Positions 56,559 through 64,000 of a DNA stretch of 64,000 nucleotides are shown here, in pieces. Under the pieces are notes generated by a model. That model did no database searches. It was not told the origin of the DNA and saw only the letters and a list, made by a program, of their open reading frames with translations. A program made the translations under genes and the position numbers. The stretch lies in assembly GCA_965140705.1 (NCBI GenBank), contig OZ223300.1, forward strand, positions 1,472,001 to 1,536,000, read 5' to 3'. The stretch's first letter is position 1, and each line of letters starts with the position of its first letter. The DNA is from an uncultured Arcobacter sp. GTDB lineage: Bacteria > Campylobacterota > Campylobacteria > Campylobacterales > Arcobacteraceae.

Positions 56559-57146
56559 ATGAAAAAGAGTATAATTCTTGGAATTACTTTATTGACAGTT
56601 TCATTATACGCAAATGAAACAATGTATAGTACTAGTGTAAAAAACTTATATGAGGCTAGTAATAGTAATGCCATTAAAGGTAGACTTTTACCTACGTCAA
56701 AAGTTATATTGGTAGAAAAAAATTCAGATAAATCTAAAATAGAAATTGAAGGTTTTATGAAAGCTGGAGTATCTAATGCCATTTACTTTGCAAAGGGAAA
56801 AAGAATTTTAGTTGCTGGACTTGTTAAAAGTGGAAAATTTGATGTAAAAAAACTTTCTTCAAGCAAAGATAAAGATGGTGTAGAGTGGGAAAAAGTAGTT
56901 TTAACTGCATATACAAAAAATGACAATCTAACTAAAGATTTAAAACCACTATATGATAAAGCAGAAAATTTATTTAAAAGTAACTGTTCTATCTGTCATC
57001 CAATTCATCCTGTAGACGAGTTTACAGCTAACCAATGGCCAAGTATGTTTAAAGCTATGGTGAATAGAACTGCTATTCCAAAACAAGATAGATATTTAGT
57101 AACACAATTTTTGCAAAAACATGCAAAAGATATGAAAGGTGAATAA
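56559..57146 (+). CDS. Periplasmic monoheme cytochrome c (TorC C-terminal-like partner of the oxide reductase)
   Basis: Signal peptide, single CSICH, FTANQWP...M, FLQKHAKD. Confidence 0.9.
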   Translation: MKKSIILGITLLTVSLYANETMYSTSVKNLYEASNSNAIKGRLLPTSKVILVEKNSDKSKIEIEGFMKAGVSNAIYFAKGKRILVAGLVKSGKFDVKKLSSSKDKDGVEWEKVVLTAYTKNDNLTKDLKPLYDKAENLFKSNCSICHPIHPVDEFTANQWPSMFKAMVNRTAIPKQDRYLVTQFLQKHAKDMKGE

Positions 57147-57147
57147 A

Positions 57148-59631
57148 ATGAAAAATATTGATCAAAAAAGAAGAGGATTTATAAGAGTTGCTGCATTATT
57201 TAGTACAGTTCCATTTATTGATGCAATTACAAAAAGAGGAGAATTGCTTGCCGGTACAATTGCAAAATTTTCTACAAAACTAGTTGAAAATGGTGAAGTA
57301 TTAACAGCCGCACACTGGGGTATGTTAAAACTGACTATTAAAAATGGAAAAGTGGTAAAATCTGAGCCTTATCAAAAAACTTCTGATATTGAAAACTCAT
57401 TACAATATTATACACAAGACTTAGTATATGCACCTGATAGAGTAAAATATCCAATGGTGAGAAAATCATATTTAGAAAACCCAGATAATCCAAAACCTGA
57501 ATTGAGAGGTAATGATGAATGGGTAAAAGTTTCATATGAAAAAGCAATAAAATTAATAGCAAAAGAGCTTAAAAAAACAAGAAAAGAAAAAGGTGCAAAA
57601 GGAGTTTTTGCAGGAAGTTATGGTTGGAAAAGTAGTGGGAACATGCATAATGCAAGAGTTCTTTTACAAAGATTTATGACAGCAACAGGTGGATTTACTG
57701 GTACTGTTGGTGATTATTCAACAGGTGCATCGCAAGTAATTATGCCACATGTATTAGGTACACTTGAAGTATATGAACAACAAACTTCATGGCCACTTGT
57801 ACTTGAACATTCAAAAGTTGTAGTAATTTGGGGAGCAAACCCACTTGCAACTTTAAAAATTGCATGGACTTCAACTGATGAAAACGGATTTAAATATTTT
57901 GAGAAACTAAAAAAATCTGGTAAAAAAATAATTTGTATTGACCCTTTTAAAACAGAAACTTGTGAATACCTAGATGCACAATGGGTTGCACCAAATCCAA
58001 ATACAGATGTTGCAATGATGATGGGTATGGTACATACATTATTAGAATCAAAAAAATATAATGCGGACTTTTTAGCTGATTACACTGAAGGTTTTGATAA
58101 ATTTAAAGAGTATATATATGGTAAAGATGATGGTATTGTAAAAAATCTTAAATGGGCATCAAAAATTTGTGGAGTTGATGAAAAAACAATAAAAGAACTT
58201 GCAAATTTATTCTATGATAATAGAACTATGCTTATGTCTGGATGGGGAATGCAAAGAGCTCATCATGGGGAACAACCTCACTGGATGTTAGTTACATTAG
58301 CTTCAGTTCTTGGACAAATTGGACTTCCAGGTGGTGGATTTGGATTATCTTATCACTATTCAAATGGTGGAGTTCCTACTGCAAAAAGTGCAATTGTTGG
58401 TGGTATCACAGCAAATGTAACTCCTACAAAAGATGCGGGTGGAGCAGCATGGTTAAGAAATGCAGCTAAATATTCTTTCCCAGTTGCTAGAATTGCAGAT
58501 GCACTTTTAAATCCAGGAAAAACAATTGATTTTAATGGTAAAAAAGTTACTTATCCAGAGATTGATTTTATTTATTGGGTAGGTGGAAATCCATTTGTTC
58601 ATCATCAAGATACAAATACATTATTAAAAGCTTGGCAAAAACCAAGAACTGTTGTTGTTAATGAAGCATTTTGGACACCAACTGCAAGAATGGCAGATAT
58701 TGTAATGCCAGCAACAACTTCATATGAAAGAAATGATATTACAATGACAGGTGATTATTCTAACCTTAATATTGTTCCTATGAAACAAGCAGTTAAAAAA
58801 CAATTTGAAGCAAGAGATGATTATCAAATTTTTAGTGATTTATCAAAAGAGTTTGGTGTATTTGAAAAATATACTCAAAATAAAACTGATATACAATGGA
58901 TAGAAGAGTTTTATACAAAAGCTTATGAACAAGCACAAAAAATGAAATTACCAATGCCAACATTTAGAGAGTTCTGGGGTAAAAATAAACCAATAACTTT
59001 TGATGTTCCATATGAAAGCACACAATATGTAAGATATGCTGATTTTAGAGAAGATCCAATTTTAAATCCACTTGGAACACCATCTGGAAGAATAGAAATC
59101 TATTCTAAAACAATAGAAAAAATGAATTATAAAGATTGTAAAGCACACCCAACTTGGTTAGAACCAGCAGAATGGGTAGGTATGAAAGAAAAACCTGCAG
59201 AATTTGCATTGATTTCTCCACACCCAAGTCATAGACTACATTCACAACTTAATAATACAAGTTTAAGAAAAAAATATGCAGTTGCAAATAGAGAACCTAT
59301 TTGGATTAATACTCATGATGCAAAAGCAAAAGGTATCAAATCTGGTGATGTAGTAAGAGTATTTAATGAAAGAGGTCAAATCTTAACAGGTGCGATTGTA
59401 ACTGATGGATTAAAACGTGGAATTGTAAGAGTTCAAGAGGGTGCTTGGTATGACCCAATGGAAAAAGGAAAAATTGGAACATTATGTAAAAATGGTTCAG
59501 CAAACCTTTTAACAAAAGATATTCCAACTTCAGAATTAGCTGATGGAAATAGTTCAAATACAGCTTTAGTAAATATTGAAAAATATACAAAAAAAGCGCC
59601 TGAATTAACTATCTTCAAACAACCTAGCTAA
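57148..59631 (+). CDS. Tat-exported bis-MGD N-/S-oxide reductase (TorZ/BisC/TorA clade of the DMSO reductase family)
   Basis: KRRGFIR Tat motif, AAHWG, RVKYPMVR, GSYGWKSSG, GDYSTGA (Ser ligand), QRAHHGEQ, RLHSQL; no N-terminal Fe-S motif. The start may be GTG 57139. Confidence 0.95.
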   Translation: MKNIDQKRRGFIRVAALFSTVPFIDAITKRGELLAGTIAKFSTKLVENGEVLTAAHWGMLKLTIKNGKVVKSEPYQKTSDIENSLQYYTQDLVYAPDRVKYPMVRKSYLENPDNPKPELRGNDEWVKVSYEKAIKLIAKELKKTRKEKGAKGVFAGSYGWKSSGNMHNARVLLQRFMTATGGFTGTVGDYSTGASQVIMPHVLGTLEVYEQQTSWPLVLEHSKVVVIWGANPLATLKIAWTSTDENGFKYFEKLKKSGKKIICIDPFKTETCEYLDAQWVAPNPNTDVAMMMGMVHTLLESKKYNADFLADYTEGFDKFKEYIYGKDDGIVKNLKWASKICGVDEKTIKELANLFYDNRTMLMSGWGMQRAHHGEQPHWMLVTLASVLGQIGLPGGGFGLSYHYSNGGVPTAKSAIVGGITANVTPTKDAGGAAWLRNAAKYSFPVARIADALLNPGKTIDFNGKKVTYPEIDFIYWVGGNPFVHHQDTNTLLKAWQKPRTVVVNEAFWTPTARMADIVMPATTSYERNDITMTGDYSNLNIVPMKQAVKKQFEARDDYQIFSDLSKEFGVFEKYTQNKTDIQWIEEFYTKAYEQAQKMKLPMPTFREFWGKNKPITFDVPYESTQYVRYADFREDPILNPLGTPSGRIEIYSKTIEKMNYKDCKAHPTWLEPAEWVGMKEKPAEFALISPHPSHRLHSQLNNTSLRKKYAVANREPIWINTHDAKAKGIKSGDVVRVFNERGQILTGAIVTDGLKRGIVRVQEGAWYDPMEKGKIGTLCKNGSANLLTKDIPTSELADGNSSNTALVNIEKYTKKAPELTIFKQPS

Positions 59632-59634
59632 AAT

Positions 59635-59662
59635 AAAAGTAGAGATTTCTTCTCTACTTTTT
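59635..59662 (+). terminator. Rho-independent terminator of the reductase operon
   Basis: AAAAGTAGAGA-tttct-TCTCTACTTTT-T. Confidence 0.85.
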
Positions 59663-59726
59663 AACTTCAAGATAAAAGTAGTTTATTTTCTATATAATCT
59701 TTCTTATAAAATAAAAAAGAGAGAAT

Positions 59727-60170
59727 ATGAAAGTATCAAGAGTAAAAAACTTAATGATTTCCGGTCTTAGTGTTATCACAAATAATAAACTTGAATTTGA
59801 ATCAGAAAATGGCAAAATTCCTCAATTATGGGATGATTATATTGAAAAAAATGTTTATGGAAGTACTTTCAATAAAGCAAATAGTAAATATATGTATGGG
59901 GTTTATAGCGATTATACAAGTGATGTAACTGGTGATTATAAAGTAACTGTTGGTGTAGAAGTTACTAAACCCAAAAATGCTTTAGTTATAGAAGATGAAA
60001 GATATTTAGTTTTCTCAAAAAAAGGTGAGCTACCAGATGTTGTGGTTGAGACTTGGGTAGAGATATGGGAATACTTTGAAAACAATAATGAATATGAAAG
60101 AAAATATAGTATTGATTTTGAGAAGTATGTAAAAGAGGATGAAATAGAGATTTATATCTCAATAAAATAG
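59727..60170 (+). CDS. GyrI-like small-molecule-binding protein
   Basis: GKIPQLW, YGVYSDY.SD..GDY, GELPDVVVETW.EIW, DFEKY, IEIYISI. Confidence 0.88.
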   Translation: MKVSRVKNLMISGLSVITNNKLEFESENGKIPQLWDDYIEKNVYGSTFNKANSKYMYGVYSDYTSDVTGDYKVTVGVEVTKPKNALVIEDERYLVFSKKGELPDVVVETWVEIWEYFENNNEYERKYSIDFEKYVKEDEIEIYISIK

Positions 60171-60266
60171 TTATTTAAAATAATATTTAGTTATTTTTAT
60201 CAAATATTATCTTATTTAAATAATTATTGAATACAATAACGACATAAAATTCCAGGAGAAATTACT

Positions 60267-61634
60267 ATGTTTAAGATTTTTGGTATTTTGGCTCTTCTTT
60301 TGTCAAATGTTGCATATGCAACTAGTTTAGGCGAGCCAGATTTAACAAACACATGGGTTGGTATTGTTTCTTTATTTATATTTGTTGTTGGTTACTATGT
60401 AATTGCAAATGAAGAAAAATACGAAATTGATAAGTCTGTTCCAGCATTATTTGTTGGGATTTTTACATTTTTATTAATAGCAATTTATTTTGTTACAAAT
60501 AGTTTAGATATAAAATTAGTACATGAAGAAGCAGAAAATGTCATTTTAGAAATTGCTGAAATATTCTTTTTCTTGTTTGTTGCTATGACTTATATAGAAT
60601 CACTACTTCATATGGGTGTTTTTGATAGATTAAAATATAATCTTGTATCAAAAGGTTATAGTTATAGAAAACTTTTTTGGCTTACAGGATTATTATCATT
60701 TTTTATATCACCTTTTGCTGATAACTTAACTACTGCACTTATTTTATCAACAGTACTTTTTACAATTGAAAGAGATAAAAAAGAATTTTTAGTTCCAGGT
60801 GCTATTAATATAGTTGTTGCTGCAAATGCAGGAGGAGCTTGGAGTCCTTTTGGAGATATTACTACTCTTATGGTATGGACATCAGGTAAAGGTGACTTTT
60901 GGGACTTCTTATATTTATTCCCTTCCTCTGTTTTAGGATATCTAGCAACTGCATTTTTATTGTCTTTAGTAGTTCCAAAAACAAAACCTGTTTTTGATAA
61001 TAAAGTTGAAGTTCCTCAAATGAAAGAGGGTGCTAAAACAATTATCTTTTTAGGTGCTGTAACTATTATCATGGCAGTTATTTCTCATCAAATATTAGAT
61101 TTCCCAGCAATGTGGGGAATGATGTTTGGTCTAGTATTATTAAAAGCTTATTCTTTCAAATTACAAAAGAAATTTGGTAAGTCTCATTTTAATGTATTTG
61201 AATCAATGGCAAAAATTGAAAATAATACTTTAATGTTCTTTTTTGGTATCTTATCAGCAGTTGGCGCTTTATATTTCTTAGGGTGGTTAACTCTTGCTTC
61301 TATTGTATATGAACCAAACTATTTAGGACCTATTTATTCAAATATTGCTGTTGGATTTTTATCTGCAATTGTTGATAATGTTCCTGTAATGTCTGCTATA
61401 TTAAAAGCAAATCCAAATATGGACTTATCAAATTGGTTGTTGGTTACTCTAACTGCTGGTATTGGTGGTTCTTTAATCTCTTTTGGAAGTGCTGCTGGTG
61501 TTGGTGTAATGGGTAAACTAAAAGGTATATATACTTTTTCTAGTCATATGAAATATGCATGGATGATATTAGTAGGTTATTTTATCTCTATAATTATTTG
61601 GTATTTTCAGTTTGAGATGTTAAGAATTTATTAA
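60267..61634 (+). CDS. nhaD: Na+/H+ antiporter NhaD
   Basis: ADNLTTAL, AANAGGAWSPFGDITT, VDNVPV, GSAAGVGVMG. Confidence 0.92.
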   Translation: MFKIFGILALLLSNVAYATSLGEPDLTNTWVGIVSLFIFVVGYYVIANEEKYEIDKSVPALFVGIFTFLLIAIYFVTNSLDIKLVHEEAENVILEIAEIFFFLFVAMTYIESLLHMGVFDRLKYNLVSKGYSYRKLFWLTGLLSFFISPFADNLTTALILSTVLFTIERDKKEFLVPGAINIVVAANAGGAWSPFGDITTLMVWTSGKGDFWDFLYLFPSSVLGYLATAFLLSLVVPKTKPVFDNKVEVPQMKEGAKTIIFLGAVTIIMAVISHQILDFPAMWGMMFGLVLLKAYSFKLQKKFGKSHFNVFESMAKIENNTLMFFFGILSAVGALYFLGWLTLASIVYEPNYLGPIYSNIAVGFLSAIVDNVPVMSAILKANPNMDLSNWLLVTLTAGIGGSLISFGSAAGVGVMGKLKGIYTFSSHMKYAWMILVGYFISIIIWYFQFEMLRIY

Positions 61635-61638
61635 TATG

Positions 61639-61666
61639 ATAAAGCTTTCTAAAAAGAAAGCTTTAT
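61639..61666. terminator. Bidirectional terminator
   Basis: ATAAAGCTTTCT-aaaa-AGAAAGCTTTAT between convergent genes. Confidence 0.8.
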
Positions 61667-62604
61667 TTAATCGCATTTTGGTATTTTGTAAATAAAAACA
61701 AACCAACTATAATAAGGGTAAGTCCTACAATCGAAGTAAGATTTAATGACCCACTTCCTAAAAACACTATTCCCCCAATAAGTGCAAAAACTACTTCACT
61801 TGCTTGTGTAGCATCAACAGCAGCTATCTCATTTGAATCTTTAGCTATATTTCTAGCATATAAAAATATTGAAGTAGCAAAAACACCAGAAAATAAAGCT
61901 ACAAGAGCAGTATTGAATACTTGAGATTCACTAGGCATATTTGGCTGAATAATTGCTATTAAAATAAACCATAAAGGTAAAGAGCCAAGAGAGAGTAAAA
62001 AAACTTTATTAAAAGCATTATTTAATAACTTTGATTTTATTTGTGGTACATTTTTATGATTTCCATTTTTTGCTTCCCAAACAAGCTGATTTCCAATGGG
62101 ATAACAAAATGAAGCAATAAGAATAGGAAAACCACCCAATAATAAAGCTTTTAAATCAAAAGACTCCATATGAGATAGATTTACTAAACAAACACCGATA
62201 AATACAAGTGCAGAAAAAAACCAAATTTTCTTAGGAAATTTTTTACCAAAAAACATCAATATAAAAAGTGTTGCTACAACTGTAAATTGCCAAGTAGCAG
62301 CTATAACCCAACCCGGAGAAAAGTCAGCACTAAAACAAATCAAGGCATAAAAAAATCCAAAACCAATAGTTCCACTTATTGTCCAAAAGATATAATTAGA
62401 TATATATAGTTTACAAACATCAATAACTCTTTGTATTCCACCTTGAAATAGTAAAACAAAAAATAAAAATAAAATCATAAAAAAGTATCTAAGTGATGCA
62501 GACCAAAGCCAATGTCCACCAGATACACTCATAAGTTCATTTAAAACAAAAGTTGTACTAAAAAAGGCACCTGCAATAATTCCCAAAACAATTAATTTAA
62601 ACAT
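61663..62604 (-). CDS. DMT-superfamily (putative multidrug efflux, YjlA-like) transporter
   Basis: FFSTTFVLN, GGHWLWSASLRY, PGWVIAATWQ, AAVDATQASEV. Likely ATG at 62604. Confidence 0.85.
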   Translation of the reverse strand: MFKLIVLGIIAGAFFSTTFVLNELMSVSGGHWLWSASLRYFFMILFLFFVLLFQGGIQRVIDVCKLYISNYIFWTISGTIGFGFFYALICFSADFSPGWVIAATWQFTVVATLFILMFFGKKFPKKIWFFSALVFIGVCLVNLSHMESFDLKALLLGGFPILIASFCYPIGNQLVWEAKNGNHKNVPQIKSKLLNNAFNKVFLLSLGSLPLWFILIAIIQPNMPSESQVFNTALVALFSGVFATSIFLYARNIAKDSNEIAAVDATQASEVVFALIGGIVFLGSGSLNLTSIVGLTLIIVGLFLFTKYQNAIK

Positions 62605-62700
62605 TAATATATCCAATAAAATAATTTTTATGAAGTCTAACACAATGTCACTTTATCTTTTTTGTGTTATAGTACTAAAAAATTTAATAGTGGCTATAAA

Positions 62701-63393
62701 ATGAAAACAATAGGATTATTAGGCGGTATGAGTTGGGAGAGTACTGCTTTATATTATAAACAGATAAATGAAGAAATAAAAAATAAATTAGGCTCTTTGC
62801 ACTCCGCAAAAATGGTTATATATAGTGTTGATTTTGATGAAATTGAAAAGTTACAACATAGTGGAGAGTGGGATAAAACAGCTGAGATTTTATCTGTAGC
62901 TGCACAAAATATAGAAAAAGCAAGTGCTGATTTTCTATTAATATGTACAAATACTATGCATAAGGTTGCTCCACAAATTCAAAAAAATATAAATATTCCA
63001 ATAGTGCATATTGCAGATACAACTGCAAAGGTTTTGATAAAAGATAATATAAAAAAAGTAGGACTTCTAGCTACAGCTTTTACTATGCGTGAGGAATTTT
63101 ATAAAAATAGGATTAGGGAAAACTTTGGTATAGAAGTTCTTGTTCCAAGTGAAGAAGATATAAATATTGTGCATAAAGTTATATATGAAGAATTGTGTCT
63201 TGGTCTTATAAATGAAGAGTCTAGAAAAGAGTATTTAAAAATTATTGATAAATTAGTATCAAATGGTGCAGAAGCTATTATATTAGGTTGTACAGAGATA
63301 TGTATGTTGATTTCATCAAAAGATACTGATGTAAAACTTTATGATACTACTAAAATACACGCATTAGAAGCTGTAAATTTAGCTTTAAAGTAA
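62701..63393 (+). CDS. Aspartate/glutamate racemase family protein (YgeA/RacX-like)
   Basis: MKTIGLLGGMSWEST, ICTNTMH, ILGCTEI. Confidence 0.93.
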   Translation: MKTIGLLGGMSWESTALYYKQINEEIKNKLGSLHSAKMVIYSVDFDEIEKLQHSGEWDKTAEILSVAAQNIEKASADFLLICTNTMHKVAPQIQKNINIPIVHIADTTAKVLIKDNIKKVGLLATAFTMREEFYKNRIRENFGIEVLVPSEEDINIVHKVIYEELCLGLINEESRKEYLKIIDKLVSNGAEAIILGCTEICMLISSKDTDVKLYDTTKIHALEAVNLALK

Positions 63394-63405
63394 ATAGGAG
63401 AAAAT

Positions 63406-64000
63406 ATGAATAAAATAATATCAAAAATCCTTTCTTTGAAAATAGGAAAAGGAAAAGAGTTAAAAAATAAAGAAAAAGTAATACAATCAGCCATAAATAA
63501 AACAACTGTAGAAGAGGCATATCTTACAGATATAGGATTTAAAGGTGATGACCAAGTTCATAAAGAGTATCATGGTGGACCAAACAAAGCAATACTTTTT
63601 TACTCTTCTTTGACATATGATAAAGTAAATGAAGTATTGAATATAAATTTAGACTATAAAGATATCTCACCTTTGGGTGAAAATTTACTTGTATCAGATA
63701 TTACTGAAGATGATATTTGTGTGGGAGATATTTTAAAGTTAGGAGTTGCTGTTGTTCAAGTAACACAACCAAGAGAACCTTGTAATGTATTAAATATAAA
63801 TACAAAAACAAAAGAGATGTTAAAAACTGTAATTAAATATGGATATACAGGTTGGTATGCAAAAGTTTTAGAAGAGGGAATTGTAAAACAAACTGATAGT
63901 GTAGAACTTGTTGAAAGAATATACCCAAATCTAACAATTAAAAAGTTAAACGAAGCAAAAGCAAATCCAAAAGAAAATCTTGATTTTATACAAGAAGCTG
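63406..64000 (+). CDS. MOSC domain protein (YiiM-like), 3'-truncated by the window; absent from the ORF track
   Basis: AGGAG RBS; translation gives GDDQ..KEYHGGPNKA, LGENL, ICVGD, VTQPREPC, TGWYAKVLEEG. Confidence 0.9.
   Translation, partial: MNKIISKILSLKIGKGKELKNKEKVIQSAINKTTVEEAYLTDIGFKGDDQVHKEYHGGPNKAILFYSSLTYDKVNEVLNINLDYKDISPLGENLLVSDITEDDICVGDILKLGVAVVQVTQPREPCNVLNINTKTKEMLKTVIKYGYTGWYAKVLEEGIVKQTDSVELVERIYPNLTIKKLNEAKANPKENLDFIQEA

Noticed and set aside
1..64000. Homopolymer tracts as phase-variation switches; RNA genes
   Set aside because: Only short A/T runs typical of this base composition, with no long poly-G/C tract. No tRNA-, rRNA- or riboswitch-like GC-rich structured segment was recognised in the short intergenic regions.

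Overview
Very AT-rich bacterial chromosome segment. Gene content and order (aroB-mscS-mtaB-ftsH-like-bioV-mog, mutS2, dapE, AHQWRQPL-type histidine kinase) point to Campylobacterota, most likely Arcobacteraceae (inference). It holds about 45 CDS; I saw no rRNA, tRNA, CRISPR array, IS element or integrase. From left to right: (1) the 3' 12.1 kb of a giant RTX surface protein (>4044 aa, open at the window edge), followed by a SapC-family gene, an unusual FkbM-methyltransferase/TPR/glycosyltransferase fusion that appears to start at a non-canonical ATA, and a membrane diguanylate cyclase; (2) a FecA-like TonB receptor with a candidate Fur box, and rlmF; (3) a Tat-exported IorAB-type molybdoenzyme cluster with XdhC, MocA and a divergent TetR; (4) a Crp/Fnr regulator with two FNR-type boxes facing hemerythrin, DUF2249-like and membrane-protein genes; (5) a housekeeping block from aroB to dapE; (6) a variable cargo stretch after dapE (ORF6N, KAP NTPase, a gene stub, GNAT, kinase-like, SIMPL); (7) response regulator, orphan family-5 solute-binding protein and histidine kinase directly upstream of a monoheme cytochrome c and a TorZ/BisC-type N-/S-oxide reductase; (8) GyrI-like, nhaD, DMT, racemase and a partial MOSC gene. 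The best candidates for undescribed systems are the RTX-SapC-methyl/glycosyltransferase locus, the SBP5-containing three-component sensor for the oxide reductase, and the ORF6N-KAP cassette. All family calls come from recognising motifs by eye; no searches were run.
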